From positions 61,834,335 to 61,898,334 of the forward strand of contig NC_057726.1 of assembly GCF_004010195.1 (NCBI RefSeq): a stretch of DNA of 64,000 nucleotides, given 5' to 3'. This DNA is from Chiloscyllium plagiosum. Lineage: Eukaryota. The notes below the pieces were generated by a model, which was given only the letters and a program-made list of their open reading frames with translations, was not told the DNA's origin and made no database searches. Position numbers and translations under genes: made by a program. Numbering within the stretch: position 1 is the stretch's first letter; each line of letters opens with the position of its first letter. Below, one piece after another: positions 26,494 to 39,279 of the stretch.

Positions 26494-27914
26494 GTAAGTG
26501 CACATTCTTGGTCACAACCAGTATACTAAAGTTTCAATCTGATTAAATTGGCATGCATTTGGGGAATAGGAGCTGAATGCAGCTATGAAATATATTACTA
26601 TTTCAACTCTTAAGACTCAGTTTCAATTCTACTAGGCAGAGGAGACAAGATGCAAGACCCATGTCCCCCTCATGTTTAAAATTCCCATTCACCTATGGTG
26701 GAGAGAGTTCTAGAATTCTAATATCCTTTTTGTGAAAAACTATTTTCTGCTTTCCCTTCTAAATAGACTCGCTTCATTTTTAAGATTATAATTCCGTATT
26801 CTTGATTTCCTTCACCAAAGGAAATAGTTTTTCTACACAATCTCATTTAACCTTTCAAGCTTCTCGACCAGATCATCCTTTCGTCTTTTATGCTCCACGG
26901 AATACAAGTCATCTTTATATAACCTGTCCTCAAAATGTAATCCTACAAACCCAGTGATCTCATGGTAAATTACAGCACATATTCCAGTTTTGAATTTGAG
27001 AAGTATCCTGAGACAGTAGAAATGTCCTAGATTTGTTGATCGTTGGATTTTCCATTTTAGTTTAGAATTTGAAGATTCACTGAACAATCTCCACTTCCAT
27101 ACTTTCCAAAGAGGGGTCTGTGCACCCAAATACGATTGTAAACTGAGATTTTGGGTCTGTAAGCTTCCAGGAAGCAGTGACTGCCATGGAGCTCTGGCAT
27201 AGTGAGCAGCTGTGAAGAAACTTCAAATCCATGCATTTTTTTCAAACTGTTTCCATGTTCTCAATTACTCAAGGCTCCTGCAGCAGTAAAAATGGTCAGT
27301 GTTACTTATCTTTTAATTGCATGAATTCTCCTCATACCCCACTCTAATCCATAGTTGGTGCTCCTCCTATCCTCACCCCATCTTTTACAGGTACCCTGTG
27401 ACTCATCATCTCTTTCAGCTCTTCTCCCCCACTGCTCTTCTAGGTCTACCACTACTATTCTTACAGATCTTGCACCTCATCCCCAAACAACATAATGTTC
27501 TCACAGTTTCCATGGAGGTGTCATGATAATTTTTCAGCAAACACTATACTTTAGTCGTCTTTGCTAACCAGCAAAGTGGAATCCATGTGCTAGTGATCAT
27601 TCCATATTTCAGTCCTTTAACTGCTACATTCTCACTATTATCCTATTTGGACCTCTGCCAAAATGTGCTGGAACCAGCAAGTGGGTAAAATCTAGTGCAA
27701 TGCCCAACCTTTTTTTACAAGAAACCTTTGCATCTTTATGTTAATATTGGAAATTATCTAATTATTCGATAATTAAGACAGTTTCACTATGTTCACATAT
27801 GAGAATTTTATTTTGTTATTAATTTGTGAAAAGTTCTGGAACTTCTCAGTTGTAGGCTGAGCTGTAGTGCAGGAAGAACACCAATAGCAACAGATTCTAC
27901 AGATGGAGCATGTT

Positions 27915-28278
27915 AGAATCATAGAATCACTACTGTGCAGAATTAGTCCATTCAGCCTGTTGAGTCCACCCTGACCCCTTTGAAGAACATCCCACCTAGA
28001 CCCATCCACCTACTCCATCCCGATAACCCTACATTTCCCATGGCTAACCCAGCTAACCTGCACATCCCTGGGTAGTGTGGACAATTTAGCATGGTCAATC
28101 CACCTAACCTGTATATCTTTGGACTGTGGGAGGAAACTGGAGCACCCGATGGAAACCCACGCAGACACCGAGAGTATGTACAAACTTCAAATAGACAGTT
28201 GCCCAAGGGTGGAATCGAACCCAGGTCCCTGGCGTTGTGAGGCAGCAGTGATAACCACTGAGTGACAGTGCTGCCCCT
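27915..28278 (-). mobile_element. HE1-type SINE, full length
   Basis: Reverse complement of tRNA head, V-domain and tail. Confidence 0.85.
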
Positions 28279-28521
28279 ATGTTTAACATAGTAAAATGGA
28301 CAAATGCTTCTCAGGATCTTGACATCACAAAGTTAGGACAAATAACCAATGATCAAAGTAGTAGGTTTAAGCAAGGTTCGAAATTCAGAGGGACAGATAA
28401 TAAGTTGAAGATTTCCAATGCTTAGGGAAAATATTTAGCACAATCAAGAATTAATGCTGTTACAGAGCAGAGCAGGATGCTGACACATTGGTGCCAGCAT
28501 TGCACTGCCACCAATAAGATA

Positions 28522-29354
28522 GAGTTAAAAATCACACAGCACCAGATTATAATCCAAAAGTTTATTTGGAACTACAAGCTTTCGGAGCACTGCTCCTTCA
28601 TCAGGTAGCTAGTGGAGCAGGATCATAGACCATAAAATTTATAGAAAAAGATTATAGTGTCATACAATTGATGTAATATATTGATCAAACCTAGATTGCT
28701 GTTAAGTTTTTCATCTTTTAGAAAGGCTTGCAGGTTTTGATTCATTAATATGTAAATCCCAAAACTCCTTTCAAGGTTACTTTCCCAAGATAACTTAAGG
28801 TTTTACAAATAAAAGTGACATCTCAGTTCAGACAGTGCATTAAAGGTGTAAGGTTAAAGTCTGTTTGTATTCCAATCTTGAGTCAGACTGGTTCTACTTC
28901 CAAAGTGGGAATTTATAAAATCTCACATGGATTGACTGCCTGCGTTGACTGTCTGCAGATTGTGCGCTTCTTCAACAAAATAGAATTTATCTGCAAATAC
29001 AATTCTGCAAATGCAAACTCAGCCCATAGATGTGTGTGTGTGTGGAAATTATCCTGGGAATGTGACTTGAAAGAAGTTCGGGGATTTACGTATTACGAAC
29101 CGAAAACCGGCAACCCATTCTAAAAGATGAAAGACTTAACAGCAATCTAGGTTTGTTCAATATATCACATCGCTTGTATGACATTACGATCTTTTGCCAT
29201 AAATTTTGTATCCTGTGATCCTGCTCCACTACCTACCTGATGATGGAGCAGTGCTGCGAAAGCTTGTACTTCCAAATGAACCTGTTGGACTATAACCTGG
29301 CGTTGTGTGATTTTTAACCTTGTCCTCCCCAGTCCAACACTGGCACCTCCCCCT
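28522..29354. mobile_element. Fold-back PLE-derived element with two hammerhead motifs and 13-bp TSD
   Basis: Inverted arms about 28523-28796 and 29046-29320; TSD caccaataagata at 28509-28521 and 29355-29367. Confidence 0.85.
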
Positions 29355-29397
29355 CACCAATAAGATAAACTGTTTGTTTCCTTTCATTACGTTTCAG

Positions 29398-29511
29398 GAA
29401 AAAATTCTTTATGACTGGATCAATCCAATTTACCTAGATGTTTCAACTCAAGCCCACATCCAAGAAGAGTTTGAGGAGGAATCAGAGATACTTCTGAAGA
29501 ATTTTTTCAAG
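29398..29511 (+). CDS. OGFOD1: OGFOD1 exon 8
   Basis: tttcag| EKILYDWINPIYLDVSTQAHIQEEFEEESEILLKNFFK |gtgaaa. Confidence 0.96.
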
Positions 29512-31082
29512 GTGAAAATTTTTGGGATTGATTTGGTAGAAAGGCAAGAACCCTTGTAAAAATGTATGTGTGGCCTGTACAGTAAAATGGACATGTTTTA
29601 GTGTCGTTTGCAATGAGGTAAATTCCATGTTTGTTCAGATATTGGTGTGAGGTGTCCAATTTTATTCAGAGTTGATTTATTTTTATACAATGTTTGTCAC
29701 TTATAGTTGTGATATATTAATTTTAAGAGTCTAATCTTGTGGGGAAGGTGAGGATGCTAGATTTTGACCAAAGTTGGCACTGGAATTGGAGAAGTATAGA
29801 CACTGAAAGCTAGACTGGCATTTGGAAACTAACTGTCCAGTCAAGAAGGCTGTAGTAAACATAAGACTGAAGGGTGAAGACTGCCCCAGGATTGTAAAAT
29901 GAAATGCAGGAGCATTCTTCTGTTCAGATCAAGCAAGGAGACTCACTGAAGTAGACTAGGGTTCATTTATAGGTATTCTTATTTGAAACTGCATTGTATG
30001 ATTTTAAAGTAAACCAACTTTTTTCAAACTTATTGAATTGCATGGGATTGCTAAGGTGTTTGAAGCAATTTTTGCCTCAGCCAGATTAATTTGGTACATC
30101 TTCAGAGAAAGTGAAGAAATACACATGTGAGGTGGATTCTATTGTTACAATTCTTAGTCCTGCACCATAGGACTAGTTATTGCACAGTATGTGCCCAACT
30201 CCTTGAAAAATAATGTGCTCAGATCACTTGCAGGAGTAAAATCTGATAAAAGGAATGTTGCAGTATCAAATTCATAAGGAGCTCAAAGAAAAGTTGCCAT
30301 TCTTTAAATTACCATTATGGAGTCATAAGAGTTGCAAATTGTCGAATGCACTGGTTGTGATCTTGCCTGTATTTCTGCTTCTGTAGATCAGTTTACTTAG
30401 AAAGAATTTGCATTAACACAGCACCTTTCCTGATCACAGAATAACCCAAAGTACTCCCAGCTGATCAACTGTATTCAGTTGATACCACAGATATGAGCCG
30501 TGCACTATTCTTGTCTCAGCTTGATGCCCAAAAGGCAGTTCTGTCCCAGTGTGCCACAGCTTCATCATGGGAAGGTAAAAAGGCAGGTACTGAATCCATC
30601 TTAACTGGAGTGGGGATTGAACCCCATGCTATTGGCACTAGTGGAATCCACACTGGGTGTCTAACTAACTGACCCAACTGGCCCTCAAGGAGTGTGAGTT
30701 GCTGTGGCAAAATATATCTTTATGTGCATATTGAATCCTGCACCAATGGATAATGACCACCAAGGCTCCAATTTCTTTGCATCACATACCTGACCAGAAA
30801 TATTATTGTTTTACTGTATGCAATTGGTGTCTGTTATGAGAATTAACAAGGTGACATTCAATTTGTTAGCTCAGTTGTGAACACCGCTTCAGTGGCCACC
30901 AAGTCCTGATGTGGATCTTGAGTCTGGAACGTCTGGTTCAGAAGCAGGGGCACAATCCACTGCCCCATTGATGTGCTCTTCAATGGAGTAGATGGTTTAT
31001 TTTCTCGAATGACGCACCATAGCAATGGACTAGAATGACTGTTAGCACCCTGTAACTGTTACATTTTCCTCCACTTACGTAG

Positions 31083-31162
31083 AAAGAAACATTTCAGATG
31101 GTTTGTGAGGCTTTGCAAGGCTCAGAGATTAAATGGAAGAGAAGAGGACCTGCCAACAAGAG
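31083..31162 (+). CDS. OGFOD1: OGFOD1 exon 9
   Basis: acgtag| KETFQMVCEALQGSEIKWKRRGPANKR |gtgagt. Confidence 0.95.
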
Positions 31163-32534
31163 GTGAGTGAATCAAAACTCTGAGAACATTAGCACTTATT
31201 GACATTGGAGCTGTAAACTGATTAAAGGCCCAGTTAACCAGCAGTTCGTGTTGAGAAAAAGCATCGGTGGAGCAGATGCAACAGTAAATTTCTGTAATCT
31301 TCCATTTTACTAACAAATTCTGGAGGTCTAAACCTGGAAAAGGAAAGGACAGCACTGTTGCACTACTTCCTTGTTTTAGGAAACAAAACATTGTTTGCAG
31401 AACAGCATAAAAATGCAAAACCATTAAATGTTTCAATTTCAATTTCAAACACATTTTTTCCCCATGTAAAGCACATGGGATTCACAGGCCTTGCTAGTAG
31501 GTTTGTCAGATTGTATAATGGGCTTGCTTTCTCCTTTCATTCCTCGCAAAAGTATGAGTGAGGAATTCTATATGATTGTACAAGTGAGGACTATTTGTAT
31601 GGGAGGTGTTTTTGTAACCCACTACCTCACTCTGAATTATTTGAATCTTTAACAGATCTGATGGGAAGAAAACTCAAGCTTTTGCATACACAGCTGGGTT
31701 GTGGTGGGGAACTTACATATTTCCACCTGTCTTTTCAAAGAAAAGTCATATCACTGTGTTGTAGTTCATATCGTGCTTGAGGAACCTTTTTATCTTACCA
31801 TTTGGTCTGTCATGATAATATGATATTCTGGTTTATTTGACAAACAGACATTGACAGCCATGAAAATTAAACTTTCCTTTTTGACCTTAGGCTGGCATCT
31901 TGTTCTGTTTGGGTTCATAGAATCATACAATGCAGAAGAGGCCTTTCAGCATTGATCTTCAACCGAATCCCACTTACCAGCACTTGTCACATATTCTTGA
32001 ATGTTTTGATGCGCCAAGTACTCATCCAGGATGTGAGGCCATTTGCCTTTGCCACCCTCCTAAGCAGCGTGTTCCAAATCATCATCAACCTCTGAGTAGA
32101 AATCTTTTTCCTAACATCCCTCCAAAACCTGTGGATCCTCAACTCGAACCTGGCTGTGGAGATAGTCTTCCCCTTTTGTTCTCTCTCTTGATTCTGCCTC
32201 CTTTTTTGCCATAGTCTGACATGCTTACGGTCTGACTGGTAATTTATGCCCATATTCATTGGATTTCAACTAAAGGCTTAGCGTCAGCTTGCTTCTCTGC
32301 CATCGTATACATGAAATGTCCTTCTAATGTTAAATTATGTCAACAGAACTTTCAATACTTCAATGTTATGTGAAGCCTAAGTGATATTGAAGTATATTGC
32401 AGACCTCAGAACAGTGACAGATTCCACTGTACCACTAAGATAGGTGACCGTCTTTGTATTGAAATGCTGCTATCTGGTTCTGTTACTTCCCAAGTATATG
32501 ACTCGTAATGTGGTATTATGTCTTTATTTTATAG

Positions 32535-32842
32535 ATGCTATGATCAAGCAGAGGAAGATAGCCTCCCTGACATTCTTGCCAAATGTATGGAGCTGTTTTC
32601 CTCTGAGGCCATGTTCCTGCTTCTGTCCAATTTTACTGGCTTAAAACTGCATTTCCTCGCAGCCTCCAGTAATGATGCAGATGAGCAGGAGAGTGAAATA
32701 GAGGAACGTGATGGCCATGAACATGTATGTTCTAGCATTGAGAAAAGAAACAAATGTAATTCAACAGAGCGTAAAGATGACACAAATGAGGGAGAAGATG
32801 TTAAACCAAAGAAAATTGAGGATCCAGGGGAGAGTTCCAAAA
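32535..32842 (+). CDS. OGFOD1: OGFOD1 exon 10
   Basis: ttatag| [42 protein letters not shown] plus acidic linker |gtaagt. Confidence 0.95.
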
Positions 32843-33771
32843 GTAAGTTTCACTGAAAAACGTTCTGAACTCTAGTAGATGAATGATTGATATTAGAGGA
32901 TCAGAAATAACATATGAATTCATTTGTAAATAATTTCACTAAAATGATCGTATTAAATTTCTGATTTTAGATGCCTGCATTCACGAATTCAAAATTGAAT
33001 GTGTCACTGGATGGCTTAATATGAATTAGATAAGGTGTTCCAGAGGCGTAAATGCCATGTCCTGGTGTAGTATTGAATAGTAGAGATCAGTCCTTCGACA
33101 TGACGTGCAGGAATTTACAGATCTGGTGAGGCTTTTGCAGACATTGAGGAAAATATTCACCTGATCTACATTTTGGGAAGCAGACAGCATTGGGCACAAC
33201 AGCGATTTTTGCATTCGTGCCTGTATTACTCACCACTCACTGTTTGTTTTATATTCAACACCTGTCCTGGAACTGTTCCTAACAGCATTGAGGGTGTAAT
33301 CACACTGGATTAATTACACGAGTTCAAAAGGATGGCTCATCTCCAGTTACTCAACAGTAATTATAGAAGACCAGCAAATGTTGGCCTTGCAAGTGTTTCT
33401 CATAGCCTATGAAAGATTTTTTTTTTAAAAGAGTTTGCATGGGCTAGTTTAATATTGACCCTAGTGCTTCAGACATCAATCTATGATTAGGTGAGGTCAT
33501 GGTGTATTCAAGTCATAACTGGGTGCTTCTTTGGAGTTGGTCTTAGTCTGAAGCAAAAATGAGCAAAACATTGAGATTACATACCACATGGTTTGATTTC
33601 AATTTGCAGGTAGGGTGAATGGCTAACTTTATGGGCTGAATAGCCTACTCCACTTCCTATGTTCCGAGGAGGAGAACAAAAGGCATTAAAAAGGGAACTG
33701 ATTAGGGAAGATAATGGTGTCAGAGGTGTGCAGATGCTAGTGAGAACCTAACAAAGTGAAATTAGTTTTGG

Positions 33772-33976
33772 GAGAAAGGGAGGACTGCAGATGCTGGAGA
33801 TCAGAGTCAAAAAGTGTGCTGCTGGAAAAGCACAGCCGGTCAGGCATCATCTGAGGAGCAGGAGAGTCGACGTTTTGAGCAAACGCTGACATTCCTGATA
33901 AAGAGCTGGAAACATCAACTCTCTTGCTCCTCAGATGCTGCCTGACTGGCTGTGCCTTTCCAGAACCACACCTTTT
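33772..33976. mobile_element. Fold-back PLE pLTR micro-element
   Basis: ctggaaaagcacagccggtcaggcatcatctgaggagca and its inverse; imperfect 14-bp TSD gaaattagttttgg / gaagtttgttttgg. Confidence 0.75.
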
Positions 33977-34292
33977 GAAGTTTGTTTTGGTGTTGAGCTG
34001 CTGGGAATGTCTATTGGGCCTAATAGCCCAGCAGCACCTTGGAAATTTATTTCTCAGATGCAGTCATTTGCGTTGGCCATGTCAAGGAACTGTGCCAATG
34101 TTTCCAGATGTTTGGGAGGTTGTTGGGGGTGGGGATAGAGAGAGGAGTTTTGGTGCTTAAGAAAGCTATATGTATAAAATATCATAATTCACTATAATTA
34201 AAAGTATCAGGTCAAATAAAGGTATGGTTTTTCACTATCTGAGAAGCATGAATTAAAACTTTGAAGGAACTTTGTGTGTCTGTCCTTCTCAG

Positions 34293-34421
34293 ATCCCATT
34301 CTTCCTGTTTGCCGAGGGGAATTGCGATATTGGAGAAATGGGTACTACACACTTATCCATGATACCAATGTGGAAAATTCGGAGTTTGCTCTTGATTTGC
34401 TGTTGTACTGTGGGTGTGAAG
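34293..34421 (+). CDS. OGFOD1: OGFOD1 exon 11
   Basis: tctcag| [42 protein letters not shown] |gtagga. Confidence 0.96.
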
Positions 34422-34563
34422 GTAGGACTTGATGGTTTCATTTTATCAAAATCCATTGCGAACCCACTTGCTTTTATTTTGAAGAAACATCTCATCAATA
34501 TGAGAGGCAGAACTAAATTGGCAAAAGACATAAATCGAAATACAGGGTAAAGAATAAACAATA

Positions 34564-34750
34564 CAGGTCATTCTACTATAACGCGCATTTCTTCAGCACA
34601 AATCGGCTATAACGTGATTGACAAACCGTGGATGTTGTTTGGATACTGAAGGGGTATAGTGATTTTCAGTTATTGATCTTCTACAGTGTGATTTTCTATA
34701 ACATGAGGTTGCAGAAGAATGCAACTGTTGCATTAGAGCAGAATGACCTC
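34564..34750. mobile_element. Tc1/mariner (Tigger/pogo-like) MITE
   Basis: ta|caggtcattctactataacgc ... gcattagagcagaatgacct terminal inverted repeats. Confidence 0.55.
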
Positions 34751-37700
34751 TCATCAATTCCACTTTTGTTGAGGTATGGCTAATCCATGTGGATTTAGTA
34801 CTTCAGTGGACCCATTCTAATGAGTTGCATCTTCTTTTGCTCTAACATGTACATTTACCTTGTTTTTCTTGAGACTTATTAATTGTTACTGTGTGAAAAT
34901 TCATGGCAGATGCATCTGTGTACTTTCCATTTCTAAGTTACATTAGTGAACCTGTATTGAATCAAAAGCCCTCATCCACGTACTCCACGCTGAATCTGTG
35001 CTAAATAATATCCATGACTTGGGAGATGGGAGAATATAGGAGACTGTGGGTCAGTCTTCAAAACTTCAAGGTTAAGATGAATAGTTCTCTGTCTAGCAGT
35101 ACATTTTACGTAACTATCATTTTTACAGTGTCATTGTGAAAGCGCCAAACATGTCAAACATTTTATAAAAAGAGAAACGACATGAATTTATGATTGTTGT
35201 TAGGAAAACCTTCTTTATGCATAGTAAACAGTATATGTCAGAGGGAATTGGAGATGAACACTTTAGAATCATTTATAAGCACTTGAATGCTGAATCATGA
35301 GTAATTTAGTGTGTCTGTAAAGATAAATGAAAATGGATGAAATGACCTTCATCACTTAAGGTGGAAAAACAACTGATTGTAAGATTGCATTAAAAATGCC
35401 GAAAATTTGAAAGAAAAGCAAGTAAAATGCAGCTCATCCCAAGTCGGTTTGATCTGTGCTGTGAAAGACTTTAACAACTGGATGATGTTCTGGGTAAATT
35501 ACCACAAGTTAATTAATTTGCCTACTTATTAAGAAATTTCACAGACAATCTGATAATGAAACAATTATTTAACTTTATTGCATGCAGTGACCAAAATAAG
35601 ACCCCTCGAGTAAGCAAATTAAGTTTCACAACTCAACTTGGCTATTACCTGATTAATGGTGGAATTCAACTAAAATTCCAAACAATAGCGTCTATCTCTG
35701 GATGTATCCAGGGTTCAGTCCTGATGTAGTGTTGTTCTTTGGAGTTTTGCTACTGAAGAATCCTGGAGTTGAATACTTAGAGTACTTTCTGTTCTTCAAG
35801 TTTACTGTGTGACATTATTGATAATCTTTCAGATTCTTTCATCCACAGTATTGACTACCCATCTGGAGCCATCAAGTCTGCAACTTGCCTTCCTAACAGA
35901 AGTAGCTTCCCTGTTTCTTGTCAATTTGGCATTGACTGTGTTTGAAAACACAAATTTCTTTCAATTAACTCCTTGAATTTTTCTATAGTGCAATCTTCCA
36001 GTTAAGATGGCGACACGGTAAAACACTCCAGCTGGAGCTCCTCTGCTTGCCAGCTCCTTTTCCTTTGTCTTTTTTTCTTTATTAACCTCTTGCTGCAGTT
36101 TTTCTTGCATCTCACCCCTCCGCCCCCCCAACTTTTATCTTCCTAACGTACCCTTACTGGGGGTAATGGAGAACAGAGTCTGAGATCAGCCTAGAGCAGG
36201 AGGCGAGTCACTGTTGAAGAGCGAGCGCGAGCTGAGTCCTGGCCAGAATGGCAGCAGAGCAATTGTGGGTCGAATCCCGAAAGTGAGGTGCGGCTGGAGC
36301 CCAAAGCGGGGACCAGAGCAATTGCGGGCCGAGCCAGAGTGGGGAGTAAAGCGAGTGCAGGCCATGTCCCACAAGCAAGCCACAGCTGGAGCCTGAAGCG
36401 GCAACAGCATGAGCACGGGCAGAGTCCCAGCCGGAGCGGCAGCAGAGTGAGCATGGGCTGAGCTGGGAGCCAAATTGCAGTTGGAGTCAGGGTGGGAGCA
36501 GAGTGAACCCAGACTGGTTTGGGAGGCCAGTCCTGGACAGAGGCCAGCATGTGGAGGCACTGTGGTGCCATGTTCTGAAACTGGCAGGCATGGACTTGGT
36601 GAAAAAGGACTATAACTTGAGTATTTTAATATTCTTTATTCTCATTCTGGACTCTTTAAACTCTGGATTCCCATGCTCATTTCTTTTTTCTTTACTGTTT
36701 CAATTCTGTAACAACAGTTTCCCCATATCTTCCCCAATTGTTGTGTCTTAACCTTTATTGGTTCTGTCTCACCTGCTGAGCCCGGGTCTTTGCATTATAA
36801 TCTTGCCCAAAGCGATCATTAGGATTACCTCATTACTCTTCCACCAAATAAGGATTTACAGTTCATGTCATTCCTCTGAGCTGATCCGGTTTGAACTGTT
36901 TCCAGTCAGCACAAGACAGTGGGTGGGGCTTTGGTAACTTGAGTTCACAAGCTGCTGTTTTTCTGTGTTGTAGAAAAGTCCTGAAGAAGGGTTATGTCTG
37001 AAACATTGAGTTCTCCATCTCCTGATGCTGCCTGGCTTACTGTGTTCATCCAGTCTCCTGCTTGTCTACCTTGGATTCCAGCATCTGCAGTTTTGTTTTG
37101 TTTTTGTGTGTGAGCAGTCCCTGTCCAACATTATCAAGCAGTTTATTCATGTAACTTTGACTGCTCCTTTTCCCAGGCAAGTCAAATTGCTTTCAATTCC
37201 AATTGTCGTTGTCTCTTAACAGTTTATTCCAGGCAGAGCTTTTGCTGATTCTTTCAATCCATGAACAGTTAATAAAGTTCTGAAGGTTACGTTATCACAA
37301 TGACCTTTCATCTGAAAAGGGAAAACCGAGAAAGGTAATAGATTTTAAACCGTGAAAGTGGAGAGAGTGAGGAAAATGCCAAAAGTGTAGATCTGTGTTA
37401 ACATGAAAAACAGGAGAGAGAAAATGATAAAAAGAGATGGTGGTGCAAGGCCACTCAGTCAAATTGAAGTGGTGTGGCTAGAAGTGCAGGAACATGTGAG
37501 CAGCTGTAGTCTCATTAGGAAATCTGAGTTAAGTAAAGTAAAAATAGGACAAATAAAAAATAAATGTGTGGAATGGCTATTAATGATGGACTGATGAGCA
37601 TTTGCTTTACAAAACTAAAAGTGTGAGTAAAACAAAAGCATGCGAAATAAAATGGAACAAAATAGGTGTGCAATTGGTAGAGCTTATTGTTGACCTATGT

Positions 37701-37946
37701 TTCTCCCATTTTTAGGAGCAGGATGTTCCTGGGCTGCTGTGCAGCTGTGTATGTTGGTAGCTGCAGACCTCAAGGCCTGTCATCTGTGTGTCGTGTGCAT
37801 TGACCTGGCCAAATGAAGAAGCCTATTAAGCCTCTTGTGAGACACAGCGTTGGGGTCTTGCTGATGACTTTTGCTGATCATTCACAGGACAGTAATGAGA
37901 AACTCTTCTGTAACCCTGGTACGGGTGCTTGGCCTCTGCTAATCCT

Positions 37947-38031
37947 GAAGAAGGGCTTATGCCCAAAACGTCAATTCTCCTGCTCCTTGGATGCTGCCTG
38001 ACCTGCGCTTTTCCAGCAACACATTTTTCAG
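37947..38031 (+). mobile_element. 85-bp PLE pLTR insertion starting at the hammerhead core
   Basis: TSD ctctgctaatcct at 37934-37946 and 38032-38044; (cct)gaagaagggcttatgcccaaaacgtc. Confidence 0.8.
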
Positions 38032-38175
38032 CTCTGCTAATCCTCCCATTTACTTTTACTTTCCTTTAACTTGCTACGGTAATGGCTGTTGTCATGCCTT
38101 TAAATTGACCCTGCATTTTAATCTCTTGTCATCATCTTCTGCCCAGTGCCAGTTACTGGCCACTAAATCACTCTA

Positions 38176-38356
38176 GGTAAAAACAAGGACTGCAGATGCT
38201 GGAAACCAGATTCTAGATTAGAGTGGTGCTGGAAAAGCACAGCAGTTCAGGCAGCATCTGAGGAGCAGGAAAATTGACGTTTCGGGCAAAAGCCATTCAT
38301 CAGGAATAGAGGCAGAGTGCCTGCAACGTGGAGGCACCCTGCAGACACTCTGCTAA
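38176..38356 (-). mobile_element. PLE pLTR fragment with hammerhead motif
   Basis: Minus strand attcctgatgaatggcttttgcccgaaacgtcaa; imperfect TSD actaaatcactcta / actaaaccactcca. Confidence 0.75.
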
Positions 38357-39279
38357 ACTAAACCACTCCAGTCGGTTAGAGCCATCTTCAGTGAATATTG
38401 GGACTGATGATTGCTTCCTTACCAGGATGCAGTATGGACCCAGAAATAGTTTCAATGTCAGGATCCTAACTCCAAGAAAAATTCTTGCAGTGTAGATATT
38501 TGTTCAACATTACTGTCATTTTCTCATTTCCCATGGTAACATCTCCTGTCTCAGCCTCCAAAGGATCAACATTCGCATTTACTGACCTTTTTGGATGTTT
38601 GCAAAAGGTCTTGCTTTCTGCAATTATATCCTTGACTATCAATCTGTTTTATCAACATTTTGTTCATTGTTTACTGGTTTCTAAATCATTGCCAGTCCTC
38701 AGCCTTGTGGTATTATAAACATCTTTTAATCTGATACTGACCTTAACTTCCTAGTGATTCACAGATGATTGTTTCTTTGTTTGTTCTTGTTCTTAAATGG
38801 AATGTATTTTTCTTGAAGGTTCAGAATTGTTTCTTTGAATGTTTCCCACCATTTGTTTATTATCCTATCTTTTCATCTATTTACTCAATCAATTTTACTT
38901 CCCTCATTTTCAAATAACTGACTTTGCTTAAATTTAAGATTTTTGTTTGGGACTGGAGAATATCACACTCAAACTTCATTTGAGATTCCGAAGTAAACTG
39001 CCTGATTGCACAATATGTTTTCTAATATAACTTTATTTCTTATTGGTTCCACAATGTATTGTTCCAGGAAACAATGCAATATTAGGTATAGATTGTTTTG
39101 CGCTGTCTTCTGTGAATGTCTTGCTTCATTGTGCTGCAGTTAGTGGAGCAGAATAGTCTATTGAAAAAACAGCTGAATAATTCTCAGAGCCTGGCTTGCC
39201 TTCTTGAAACCACCATCCTTTAATAACCGTACGATCCCATTGTTTGAAAACCTGGTGGCCATCCAGCTGTCATGTTGGA

